Source: Eubacteriales bacterium (GTDB lineage: Bacteria; Bacillota; Clostridia; Oscillospirales; CAG-272). Taken from it: 64,000 bases of DNA. A program made the position numbers and the translations under genes. Positions 15,895 to 25,288 of the stretch are shown one piece after another. The stretch is taken from positions 293 through 64,292 of the forward strand of contig JAZQGJ010000070.1 of the NCBI GenBank assembly GCA_045539995.1, written 5' to 3'. The first letter of the stretch is position 1. The number at the start of each line of letters is the position of its first letter. The notes under the pieces were generated by a model, which was not told the origin of the DNA, did no database searches, and saw only the letters and a program-made list of their open reading frames with translations.

Positions 15895-16595
15895 TTTGTT
15901 TTTTCCTTTTCTGTATTTATAATTTTTTTGAGACCTTTAAAATTTGTTACTGAAATTTGAGAGCCGTTTTTTGAAATGAGCCCTCTTTTTTCAAAGGAAG
16001 AAAGAGTTCGGTAGAACGACGCGCGTCCGAGCCCCAACGATGAAGAAATCTGCTTCATATTCAAGCTTGACGTAAGAGCTCCGTCGGGGGAATTATCAAG
16101 GAGAAATTTAGCCGTTTTTTCTTCCGCGCTTTTTGAGCTGAACGAGTTTATTTTGTCATTTAAAAACCTTATTTTGTTCGACAAAAATTTTATGTAGTTC
16201 GTAGCTATCTGCGGATAAGCATTGATAAGCGCTTCCATTTGCGCCTGAGAAATGAACATTATATCACATTCCGACCTTGCAAATATTGATGTAGGAAAAG
16301 GCTCGTTATCACCGAAAAGCGCAGATGCGCCGAAGGAATCTCCTGCCTTAAGCGAGGAGAGAAGGGTCCTTTTTGACGTGTCAGCGCGAAAAACCTCAGC
16401 GCATCCGTTAAGGATAAAGGCTATCGATCTTTCGAAGCTTTCCGCATCGAAAATCTTCTCGCCCTTGCCATATCGCGCAAGGGTATATTCGCAGCGAGAA
16501 AGAATGCTCTTTTTTTCTTCGCTTGGAATCCCTTTGAAAATAAACGGCACTTCAAGCAACGCGTTTTTGTCTACCGTATAGCTTTTCATATCCAC
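15891..16595 (-). CDS. Crp/Fnr family transcriptional regulator
   Basis: 234 aa. N-terminal cNMP-binding-like beta-barrel and C-terminal HTH (MKQISSSLGLGRASFYRTLSSFEKRGLI). First gene of the transporter operon. Confidence 0.87.
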   Translation of the reverse strand: MDMKSYTVDKNALLEVPFIFKGIPSEEKKSILSRCEYTLARYGKGEKIFDAESFERSIAFILNGCAEVFRADTSKRTLLSSLKAGDSFGASALFGDNEPFPTSIFARSECDIMFISQAQMEALINAYPQIATNYIKFLSNKIRFLNDKINSFSSKSAEEKTAKFLLDNSPDGALTSSLNMKQISSSLGLGRASFYRTLSSFEKRGLISKNGSQISVTNFKGLKKIINTEKEKTK

Positions 16596-16609
16596 CTCTT
16601 TTTAAAAAG

Positions 16610-16625
16610 TGTCTCATTTGAGACA
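16610..16625. promoter_or_regulatory. Crp/Fnr-type palindrome TGTCT-N6-AGACA over the predicted +1 of the crp-like gene
   Basis: TGTCTCAttTGAGACA has perfect 7-nt arms. It lies just downstream of the minus-strand promoter TTGACT-17-TATAAT (-10 at 16627-16632). Confidence 0.5.
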
Positions 16626-16837
16626 TATTATATCAAATTAAAATGCAAAAGTCAATAGAAAAAAAGCAAAAAAAGTAAAATTTTAAAAAATTGTAAATAT
16701 GTGAATAAAAGTAGTCAGAAACCTTGCAAATTTAAAAGGGGTATGTTATAATTAATATATAATAATTATGAAGACAACAATCGCGCAAAAATGCGTTCGC
16801 TTTTTTGCTTTAATATACATTTTTTGTGAGGTAAGCT

Positions 16838-17746
16838 ATGATTTTACTGAATACGGCATTAAAAAACGATACCTTGATTTCTAACTTCTGGTCGTTTATA
16901 AAAATTCAGCTTGTGAACATATCCCTTGTGGATGTTTTAGATATACTTGTTCTTGCATTTCTTCTTTATTTTGCAGTTAAGTTTTTGCGTGTACGGCGCG
17001 CAGGGAAGCTCATTTTCGGCGTTTCCCTCTGGATCGCTTTTTTAGCGGTGAGCCGCTTGGTCGGACTCTATGCCGTCAGTTACGTATTGAGCTATTTTCT
17101 CCAGGCGGGAATTATCGCCGTAGTGGTTATTTTCCAGCCCGAGCTTCGCGAGCTTCTTGAAAAAATGGGAACGGAGCCGTTAAAGGGCTTTAAGAACATT
17201 TCCGGCAATAAGGGCAATGAGAAGAAAGCGCTTATAGATAATGTTTGCGAGGCTGTCGTCGAAATGGCGAGAACAAAAACAGGAGCGCTTATCGTTATAG
17301 AGCGCAACGTCCCTGTCGGAGACATTATCCGTTCGGGCGTTGAAATGGACGCCAAAATTTCTCCTTATCTTTTACGAAACATATTTTTTGACGGCTCGCC
17401 CCTACACGACGGCGCCGTTGTTATCCGAGATATGAGAATAGCCTCGGCAGGATGCCTTTTACCCCTTACAAGACGTGGAGACGTTGACCTTGATTTAGGA
17501 ACGCGTCATCGCGCCGCTATAGGTATGAGCGAGGTGAGCGACGCAGTCGTAGTTGTCGTTTCTGAGGAAACAGGCACGATATCTGTAGCCGCCGAAAAGG
17601 ATTTTACAAGAAACTTTACGGATCAGACGCTTAATTCCAAGCTTACCCAGCTTCTTTCCAACGTTGTCATTGAATCTTCGGCAAAGTCCTCGAAACGCGC
17701 GGAAAATAGAGACGAGGACTCTGAAAGCAAAGTCGAAAACGAATAA
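16838..17746 (+). CDS. cdaA: diadenylate cyclase CdaA (DacA)
   Basis: 302 aa. Three N-terminal TM helices and a DAC domain (DGAVVIRD.., GTRHRAAIGMSE). Confidence 0.93.
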   Translation: MILLNTALKNDTLISNFWSFIKIQLVNISLVDVLDILVLAFLLYFAVKFLRVRRAGKLIFGVSLWIAFLAVSRLVGLYAVSYVLSYFLQAGIIAVVVIFQPELRELLEKMGTEPLKGFKNISGNKGNEKKALIDNVCEAVVEMARTKTGALIVIERNVPVGDIIRSGVEMDAKISPYLLRNIFFDGSPLHDGAVVIRDMRIASAGCLLPLTRRGDVDLDLGTRHRAAIGMSEVSDAVVVVVSEETGTISVAAEKDFTRNFTDQTLNSKLTQLLSNVVIESSAKSSKRAENRDEDSESKVENE

Positions 17747-17748
17747 TA

Positions 17749-18477
17749 GTGGTGTTATATATGAAAATTAAGTTTGATAAAGAAAAAATAAATAAAATTA
17801 TCCCCTTTCTCGTATGTGTACTGATTGCTTTTCTTGTCTGGACGTTCGTTATGTACATACAAACCCCTAAATACGTGCACAAATTTGAGGACATTCCCGT
17901 ATATATACAGGACGTTCCGTCACGCTTCAGTGATTGCGAAATAGAGCTTGGCACCGATAAAGTATCGGCTGAATTTTACGGCACTAATATCGCTCTTGCA
18001 AAATGTGAAAGCGGATCTTTGTATGGAGTTGCCCGCATAGCCAATTTTTCCGAGCCGGGAAGCTATGAGGCAGACGTTGTCTTCTATTATCCCACGGGCG
18101 CGACGCTCGATTGTCTTGATGCAGTAAAGGTTCCCGTAACTATAGTCTCTCCTACGGTTTATACGAAGTATTTTGTGAATATTCCCGTGCGTCTTGAGCA
18201 CAAGGGAGAGAAAACCGATTTGCTTTTAAGTCGATACGATATATCTGCCGTGCAGAGCTTCGTTGACGTTGTAATTTCTTCCTATCACGAGGAAATTCTT
18301 TCCTTGCCGCAGGATAAAATCGTTGCGTATTTCGACCTCTCGGATTTGAACGTAACAGGAACGGGAATATATAATTCAGTAAAGCTGAGATTTGTTTGCG
18401 AGGAAGTAGAAATTATTGATGACGCGGGAATTTACGTTTCTGTTCAGATTTCAGAAAAAGAATCAATAACCGATTGA
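17749..18477 (+). CDS. cdaR: YbbR-domain protein, CdaA regulator CdaR-like
   Basis: 242 aa. One N-terminal TM helix followed by beta-rich YbbR-like repeats, directly downstream of cdaA. The start may be ATG 17761. Confidence 0.72.
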   Translation: MVLYMKIKFDKEKINKIIPFLVCVLIAFLVWTFVMYIQTPKYVHKFEDIPVYIQDVPSRFSDCEIELGTDKVSAEFYGTNIALAKCESGSLYGVARIANFSEPGSYEADVVFYYPTGATLDCLDAVKVPVTIVSPTVYTKYFVNIPVRLEHKGEKTDLLLSRYDISAVQSFVDVVISSYHEEILSLPQDKIVAYFDLSDLNVTGTGIYNSVKLRFVCEEVEIIDDAGIYVSVQISEKESITD

Positions 18478-18483
18478 TACTAA

Positions 18484-18528
18484 GCAGTCCGGCGGGGTGT
18501 CAACCCCGCGCGGACTTGCTTTTTTTAG
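18484..18528 (+). terminator. intrinsic terminator after cdaR
   Basis: GCAGTCCG-GCGGGGT-gtca-ACCCCGC-gCGGACTTGC followed by T7. Confidence 0.8.
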
Positions 18529-18534
18529 AATGTT

Positions 18535-20184
18535 TTGTCAGAATGTTTTATGGGCGGAAAAGAAAAAATGAGTAGGAAAACGTATATACTTAGAGAAATA
18601 AAGCTTCCGCTTGACAAGAGCAGCGAGGCTGCCATATCCTTCGCGAAGAAAAAGCTGAAAGCTCTTAATCTATATCCTCAAAATGCCGATTTCTTCATTT
18701 ACCGTCGTTCTGTAGACGCGAGAAAAAAGGACGCAATCAAGCTCGTTTATGCTGTCGCGATAAATGGCGCTTGGACAGAAAACGAGGAAATAAAGCTGTC
18801 ACAGAATGGCTTTATGCTTTTATCCGAGCAGAAGCCCTTCGTTGTGTTCGGAAGCGAAGAAATGAAGGGGCGTCCGTTGATAGTCGGAGCAGGCCCTGCG
18901 GGAATGTTTGCCGCGCTGCTTCTGGCTGAAAACGGCTATAAGCCGATACTTATCGAGCGAGGCGCGCCTGTCGGTGAAAGAGCCGAGCAGATAAAAAGAT
19001 TTTCTCGTACGCGAATCCTCGATGAAAATTCGAATATACAGTTTGGCGCGGGTGGCGCGGGTACCTTCTCGGACGGTAAATTGGTCACTCGAATAAATGA
19101 CTCTTATTCAGCATACGTAATTGAGCGCTTTGTCGAATTCGGCGCGCCCGAAAGCATAAGATTTTTAGCAAAGCCGCATATCGGCACAGATTATCTGCAA
19201 GGAATAGTAGATAGAATTTTAAATAAAATAGTTTCTCTCGGCGGCTCTGTTATGTATCACACCTGCTTTGAGAGCGTAAAAAAGCTTTCTGACGGCGCCT
19301 TGTCTGTAAAAACGAGCAAGGGGGAAATTTCCTGCGGAGTTCTGGTCTTGGCGATAGGACATAGCGCGAGAGACACCTATGAAAACCTGATTTCTTCAGG
19401 CTTTTCTCTTGAAGCGAAGCCGTTTTCCGTCGGGGCGAGAATAGAGCATCTGAGGAAAAATATAGATGAGGCGATGTACGGTGACTACGCCTCTCATCCT
19501 GCATTGAAGAGCGCTGAATATTCGCTTTCCGCAAACACCGATAAAAGAGGAGTGTATACCTTCTGTATGTGTCCCGGTGGTCAGGTCGTTGCTGCCGCAA
19601 GTGAAAACGGAGGAGTGGTTGTTAACGGAATGAGCAACCACGCGCGAGACGGTATAAATTCCAATTCCGCCGTAGCAGTCTCGGTTTTTCGTGAGGATTA
19701 CGGAAACACACCTCAAAGGGCGATAGAGTTTCAGCGTAAAATAGAACGCGCGGCATTTGTTTCGGGCGGCAGTAATTATAACGCGCCAATATCCACCGTC
19801 GGCGATTTTTTGAACGGAAAAGCGGGAAGCGAGCCTACGTCGGTTATGCCTACCTATATGGACGGACGGGGCTGTACTTTAGCTAAAACAGACGACTTTT
19901 TACCCGACTTCATCTGCGCTTCGCTGAGAAGCGGACTTCGTGCCTTCGATAAAAAGCTCAGGGGCTTTGCATCCGAAAGCGCAATCATTACGGGCGCGGA
20001 AACAAGAACCTCGTCGCCTGTAAGAATTTTGAGAAGTGACATGCGCGTTGCGCTCGGCGAGGATTTAATATATCCCTGCGGAGAGGGCGCGGGATATGCC
20101 GGGGGAATTACCAGCGCGTCTCTTGACGGAATTCACACGGCAGAAGCGATTATGCGAAGATATAGGCCGCTTGAAAAAATGTGA
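18535..20184 (+). CDS. FAD-dependent oxidoreductase (COG2509-like)
   Basis: 549 aa. Dinucleotide fold LIVGAGPAGMFAALLLAENG. The true start is possibly ATG 18568 (MSRKTYILREIKL..). Confidence 0.82.
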   Translation: MSECFMGGKEKMSRKTYILREIKLPLDKSSEAAISFAKKKLKALNLYPQNADFFIYRRSVDARKKDAIKLVYAVAINGAWTENEEIKLSQNGFMLLSEQKPFVVFGSEEMKGRPLIVGAGPAGMFAALLLAENGYKPILIERGAPVGERAEQIKRFSRTRILDENSNIQFGAGGAGTFSDGKLVTRINDSYSAYVIERFVEFGAPESIRFLAKPHIGTDYLQGIVDRILNKIVSLGGSVMYHTCFESVKKLSDGALSVKTSKGEISCGVLVLAIGHSARDTYENLISSGFSLEAKPFSVGARIEHLRKNIDEAMYGDYASHPALKSAEYSLSANTDKRGVYTFCMCPGGQVVAAASENGGVVVNGMSNHARDGINSNSAVAVSVFREDYGNTPQRAIEFQRKIERAAFVSGGSNYNAPISTVGDFLNGKAGSEPTSVMPTYMDGRGCTLAKTDDFLPDFICASLRSGLRAFDKKLRGFASESAIITGAETRTSSPVRILRSDMRVALGEDLIYPCGEGAGYAGGITSASLDGIHTAEAIMRRYRPLEKM

Positions 20185-20388
20185 AAATAGCGCTGCATAA
20201 GAGAAAAAGGGCTTTTCCTTGAATAAAATAACGTTATCCCTTTCGGGATTTTATCGGTTTTCGCTCGTTCTTTTTGAACGGCAGTTGGGATTTTTAAGAA
20301 AAGTCCAAGCGCGTACCGATACGCGCTCTTTAAGGTAGTAAATAATATGGGGGGCAATGAAGCTTTTTTCATTGCGAAAATTACATAA

Positions 20389-22596
20389 ATGACAAACAAA
20401 TCTGATATGAACAAAGAAAAAAAGTGGATAATCAAAAGCGATGAAAGCAAGGGCTGTATTGACAGCATCAAAAAGCTTTCAGACGAATTGAGCATCGAGC
20501 CTATAATTGCGCGACTTCTCTATAATCGCGGTTATAAAACGGCATATGAGGCCAAGGCGTTTTTGAATAGCGAAAACGAGTTCTTTTTTGATCCTTTTTT
20601 GCTTGACGATATTGAAAAGGCTGTCAGGAGAATAAAAAGGGCGATAGACGAAAAAGAAAAAATTACCGTGTACGGAGATTATGACGTGGACGGTGTAACG
20701 GCTGTATGTACTATGTGCTTGTATTTACGCTCAAAGGGCGGGGACGTGGATTATTACATACCTAACCGAAGCGGAGAGGGCTACGGAGTTTCCTGCTCGG
20801 CTATCGAAAATCTTCATAAAAACGGAACTACCTTGATAGTCACGGTAGATACGGGAATTACCGCAAATGAAGAGGTAGAATACGCGTCCACGCTCGGAGT
20901 CGATATCGTTGTGACGGATCACCACGAATGCAGAGACGTGCTTCCGAGCGCCGTAGCCGTAGTTAACCCTCACCGTCCCGATTCAAAATATCCGTTTTGT
21001 GAGCTCGCGGGAGTGGGAGTCGTATTTAAGGTTATATGCGCGTACGAGATAGCAGTAGAGAATTCAGACCCGCAGAGCGCCGTTATGAAAATTTGCCGAG
21101 ACTATGCGGATCTTATAGCTATCGGTACTATAGCTGACGTTATGCCTATAAAGTATGAAAACCGTTTGATAGTTAAGGGCGGTCTGAACATAATCGAAAA
21201 ACGCCCGCGAATCGGTCTTAAGGCTCTTTTTGACGTAATATCCGAGCGCGCCGACTATAAAGCTAATTCATCGAAAAGGAATAAAAAGCAAACAAAAATT
21301 ACGTCGGGATATATAGGCTATACAATAGCGCCCCGATTGAACGCGGCGGGAAGAATAAGAAGCGCATCTCTTGCGGCAGAGCTGTTTTTGACAGAGGACG
21401 AAAATTATGCTCAGTCGCTCGCTTTTGAGCTTTGCGAGGCGAATCTCGAGCGTCAGAATGAGGAAAACAGTATAATGCAGCAGGCGTATGCCAAGATAGA
21501 AGAGGAGCATGATTTCGTTCGCGATAAGGTTATCGTTCTGGACGCTGACGATTGGCATCACGGAGTAATAGGGATAGTTGCGTCAAGAATTACCGAGAAG
21601 TACGGACTTCCGTGCATACTTCTTTCCTTTGACGGCTGCGATCCCCATGTGCATAGCGATGACGATATAGCGAAGGGCTCGGGCAGAAGCATAAAGGGAA
21701 TGAATTTGGTTGACGCTCTCGTTAATTGCAAGGAGCATCTCGTGAAATACGGTGGGCATGAGCTTGCCGCGGGATTAAGTGTTACGAGAGGGCAGCTTGA
21801 GAGCTTTAAAAGGCAAATAAACGCCTATGCAAACGAGAAGCTCGACGAGGACGCAACAGTCCCCACCCTTGAAGCCGACTGTGAAATTGATTTCTCCGAT
21901 ATCACTCTGGACGTAGCCGAAAAAATTCAACAGCTTGAGCCGTTTGGAGTTGATAACCCCGTGCCTGTTTTCGTATTGCGCTCGGCTGTCGTTGTCGAAT
22001 GCGTGCCTATGAGCGGGGGAAAGCATACCCGTATAACCCTGGCAAAAGGAAAGAACAGAACCTATACCGCCATCTTCTTTTCCCACAGCCCCTCACAGCT
22101 TAATCTGTACGTGGGCGATACGGTTGACGTTATGTTCAATCTCGACGTCAACGTATGGGCAGACAGGAAGAACGTGCAGCTGATACTAAAGGATATAAGG
22201 CTCTCTGAGGAAGCCAAGGCGATAGAAATAAATGATAAGCAGCGATTCGATGAAATATGGAATGGCGCAAGGTTTTCGTCGGAGGAGAACATTGTTCCCA
22301 CGCGAGAAGACTTCGCCCTCGTGTATAATTTAGTTCGCGCTTCTGTGCGTTCTGGAGTTGACAGCTTGAGTCATAAATCTATACTTTCAAGTCTTTCTAA
22401 GCTTTCAGGCTCTGGCAGTATGAATTACGTAAAATTGAAATTTATAATCAGAATACTACAAGAGCTTAATCTTTTAGGAATAGAGGAGATAAGCGACGAG
22501 GTATATCATTTTAAGCTTCAATTCACAAAAACAAAAACCGATTTGGAAAAATCCAATTTGCTTAGACGACTGCGTTTACAGCAAAAACAAGCTTGA
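20389..22596 (+). CDS. recJ: single-stranded-DNA-specific exonuclease RecJ
   Basis: 735 aa. DHH motifs (VYGDYDVDGVT, VTVDTG, VVTDHHE) and a DHHA1 region (GGHELAAG). Confidence 0.93.
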   Translation: MTNKSDMNKEKKWIIKSDESKGCIDSIKKLSDELSIEPIIARLLYNRGYKTAYEAKAFLNSENEFFFDPFLLDDIEKAVRRIKRAIDEKEKITVYGDYDVDGVTAVCTMCLYLRSKGGDVDYYIPNRSGEGYGVSCSAIENLHKNGTTLIVTVDTGITANEEVEYASTLGVDIVVTDHHECRDVLPSAVAVVNPHRPDSKYPFCELAGVGVVFKVICAYEIAVENSDPQSAVMKICRDYADLIAIGTIADVMPIKYENRLIVKGGLNIIEKRPRIGLKALFDVISERADYKANSSKRNKKQTKITSGYIGYTIAPRLNAAGRIRSASLAAELFLTEDENYAQSLAFELCEANLERQNEENSIMQQAYAKIEEEHDFVRDKVIVLDADDWHHGVIGIVASRITEKYGLPCILLSFDGCDPHVHSDDDIAKGSGRSIKGMNLVDALVNCKEHLVKYGGHELAAGLSVTRGQLESFKRQINAYANEKLDEDATVPTLEADCEIDFSDITLDVAEKIQQLEPFGVDNPVPVFVLRSAVVVECVPMSGGKHTRITLAKGKNRTYTAIFFSHSPSQLNLYVGDTVDVMFNLDVNVWADRKNVQLILKDIRLSEEAKAIEINDKQRFDEIWNGARFSSEENIVPTREDFALVYNLVRASVRSGVDSLSHKSILSSLSKLSGSGSMNYVKLKFIIRILQELNLLGIEEISDEVYHFKLQFTKTKTDLEKSNLLRRLRLQQKQA

Positions 22597-22602
22597 GGAA
22601 TT

Positions 22603-24804
22603 ATGAACGGATTTAACGAGCTGCTTGAAGCCTTGAAGGCTAAGGGCAAGAAATACGATATTGAAAAAATAAAAAGCGCGTACGAATATGCGGCTATGCT
22701 TCACGACGGACAGATGAGACAAAGCGGAGAGGCGTATATATCTCATCCTATTGCCGTCGCACAGATCGTAGCTTCGCTTGGCCTTGATACCGATTCCGTA
22801 TGCGCCGCCTTGTTACACGATACGGTAGAGGACTGCGCCGATAAAACCAATCTTCAGGAAATAAGGAAACGCTTTGGCGAAGACGTAGCTCTTATAGTTG
22901 ACGGACTTACGAAAATAGTGTATATGCAGCTTGAGGATAAGGAAGAGGCGCATATAGAAAACATAAGAAAAATGCTTCTCGCGATGTCGAAGGATATTCG
23001 CGTCATCTTCATAAAGCTCTGTGATCGCTTGCATAATATGCGTACGCTTTGCGCCAAAAACGATGAAAAAAGACGAATAATAGCTCTTGAGACTATGTAC
23101 CTCTACGCCCCTCTCGCTCACCGTCTCGGTATGCAGAAGATAAAGCACGAGCTTGAGAATTTAGGCCTTATGTATCTCGATCCCATAGGATACGAGGAGG
23201 TCACGAGGAGTATAGAGAAGAAGTTTGGTCTTACCTCTAATTTTATTGAAAACGCGAAAGAGCAGATTTCCCTGAAGCTGAATGAAAACAGTATAGAGTT
23301 CGAGCTGTCGGGAAGGGTAAAAAGCGTTTACAGTCTTTACAGAAAGATGTACGACCAAAACAAGAATTTCGATGACATTTTCGATTTTTACGCGCTCAGA
23401 ATTATTGTAAATACCGAGCTTGAGTGCTATACGGTTCTCGGCTTGATCCACGAGCTTTTCCACTCCGTGCCCGGCAGATTCAAGGATTACATCTCGACGC
23501 CAAAGCCTAATATGTATCAGTCTCTGCACACCACCGTTATAAGCCGTCACGGCATTCCGTTTGAGGTGCAGATAAGAACTCATAAAATGCACGAGATAGC
23601 CGAATACGGTATCGCCGCGCATTGGAAATATAAGTCGGGTGAAAAGGCGAGCGAGGACCTCGACGAGAAGATCCGTTGGATTTCTCAAATGGTAGAGAAC
23701 GATGAAAATATGCACGACCCCGACGAATTTATGCGCTCGTTCAAAACCGACATCTTCCGTGATGAAACCTTTGTCTTTACCCCCAAGGGAGACGTGGTGT
23801 CGCTTCCTCTCGGGGCGACGGTAATTGACTTTGCCTATTCTATTCACACTCAGGTGGGAAACAAGATGACGGGCGCAAGGATAAACGGAACGATAGTCCC
23901 GATAGACAGAGTTCCTCAGATGGGCGACGTTGTTGAAATTATCACCTCGTCATCTTCAAAGGGACCGAGCCGAGACTGGATGAATATAGTAAAGACCTCG
24001 GAAGCGAGAAATAAAATACGCCAATGGTATAAAAAAGAAAAGCGAGCTGAAAATATCGCTGTCGGACGTCAGGAAATTGAGCGTGAGATAAAGCATTACG
24101 GAAAGAGCTATACAGAGGAAGATTTCAAGCAGATAGTCACTAACGTCGCCGCGCGTGTCGGCATAAGTGACGTTGACGACTTTTATAACACTATAGGCTA
24201 CGGCGGAATGAGCGTCAGCCGTCTCTCTGTCAGACTTCGCGATGAGTTTGACAGAATTGTAAAGGAGCCTATCGTTGACAGTGTTGATGCGATAAAGGTT
24301 ACACAAAGGCCCGCAAACCTTAAAAACAGCAACGGAATCGTAGTAGACGGAGACGTTGACTGTCAGGTGAAATTCGCGCGCTGCTGCAATCCTTTGCCTG
24401 GAGATGACGTAATAGGCTTTATTACCAGAGGCTACGGAATTTCAATACATCAGAAGAAGTGTCCCAACGCAATTGCGGGAATGTCGAAGCCCGAGCAGAA
24501 GGACAGGTGGATAAAGGCGAACTGGGAAGACGAGTTCGTTACACGTTCGGGCAAAGACGTATATGAAGCGAATTTACAGCTCAACGTGGAAAACCGAATC
24601 GGTATCCTCGCGGATATTTCCACCACTCTTGCGGAAATGAAGGTATCTATATTGGGAATTTCTACGCAGATGAAGGAAGGCGCGACAAGCGCCCTGATTT
24701 TGCTCACCGTAGGATGTAAGAACGTGAGCCATTATAAGTCTATCGTCTCTAAGCTTAAGGCTATACCTGCGGTTTACGACGTGACAAGAGGCTTTACAAA
24801 CTAA
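22603..24804 (+). CDS. relA: bifunctional (p)ppGpp synthetase/hydrolase Rel
   Basis: 733 aa. HD domain (HPIAVAQI..LHDTVED), RelA/SpoT synthetase core, TGS and ACT domains. Confidence 0.95.
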   Translation: MNGFNELLEALKAKGKKYDIEKIKSAYEYAAMLHDGQMRQSGEAYISHPIAVAQIVASLGLDTDSVCAALLHDTVEDCADKTNLQEIRKRFGEDVALIVDGLTKIVYMQLEDKEEAHIENIRKMLLAMSKDIRVIFIKLCDRLHNMRTLCAKNDEKRRIIALETMYLYAPLAHRLGMQKIKHELENLGLMYLDPIGYEEVTRSIEKKFGLTSNFIENAKEQISLKLNENSIEFELSGRVKSVYSLYRKMYDQNKNFDDIFDFYALRIIVNTELECYTVLGLIHELFHSVPGRFKDYISTPKPNMYQSLHTTVISRHGIPFEVQIRTHKMHEIAEYGIAAHWKYKSGEKASEDLDEKIRWISQMVENDENMHDPDEFMRSFKTDIFRDETFVFTPKGDVVSLPLGATVIDFAYSIHTQVGNKMTGARINGTIVPIDRVPQMGDVVEIITSSSSKGPSRDWMNIVKTSEARNKIRQWYKKEKRAENIAVGRQEIEREIKHYGKSYTEEDFKQIVTNVAARVGISDVDDFYNTIGYGGMSVSRLSVRLRDEFDRIVKEPIVDSVDAIKVTQRPANLKNSNGIVVDGDVDCQVKFARCCNPLPGDDVIGFITRGYGISIHQKKCPNAIAGMSKPEQKDRWIKANWEDEFVTRSGKDVYEANLQLNVENRIGILADISTTLAEMKVSILGISTQMKEGATSALILLTVGCKNVSHYKSIVSKLKAIPAVYDVTRGFTN

Positions 24805-24823
24805 TTAAATTTCAGGAGTTTTT

Positions 24824-25288
24824 ATGATAGCAGTTATACAAAGGGTATCTAAAGCCACAGTTTACGCCGACGGCGAGGAGAGCGGAAATGCTGAAAAAGG
24901 GCTTTTTATCCTTTTGGGAGTTGAAAAGGGAGATGACGAATGCGATGCCCTTTTGCTCGCAGAAAAAATTTCAAAGCTACGAATTTTTTCCGACGAGAAT
25001 GATAAAATGAATTTGTCTCTTAAAGATATCGACGGGGAAGTGTTAGTCGTGTCCAATTTTACCTTAAGCGCAAATTATTCTCACGGCAACCGTCCCGATT
25101 TTCTGAATGCCGCGCCCCCCGATGAAGCAGACAGACTATACTGCCATTTCGTCTCGCTTATGAAAGAGAGAGTAAGACACGTTGGAACGGGCAAATTCGG
25201 CGCTTATATGCAGATAGATATGTCGGCAGATGGCCCTATTACTATCGTTATGAATTCAGAAAAGCTCAAAAAGAGGAAAACGCAATGA
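24824..25288 (+). CDS. dtd: D-aminoacyl-tRNA deacylase
   Basis: 154 aa. MIAVIQRVSKA.. and SNFTL are typical of Dtd. Confidence 0.92.
   Translation: MIAVIQRVSKATVYADGEESGNAEKGLFILLGVEKGDDECDALLLAEKISKLRIFSDENDKMNLSLKDIDGEVLVVSNFTLSANYSHGNRPDFLNAAPPDEADRLYCHFVSLMKERVRHVGTGKFGAYMQIDMSADGPITIVMNSEKLKKRKTQ

Noticed and set aside
20185-20388. Hairpins in the oxidoreductase/recJ intergenic region (AGCGCGTA-ccga-TACGCGCT, GCAATGAA-gctttt-TTCATTGC) and the 120-aa minus-strand ORF 20133-20495.
   Set aside because: There is no promoter/terminator pairing or conserved motif that I can recognise. The ORF has no RBS and overlaps both neighbouring genes' flanks. I treat this as ordinary intergenic structure.
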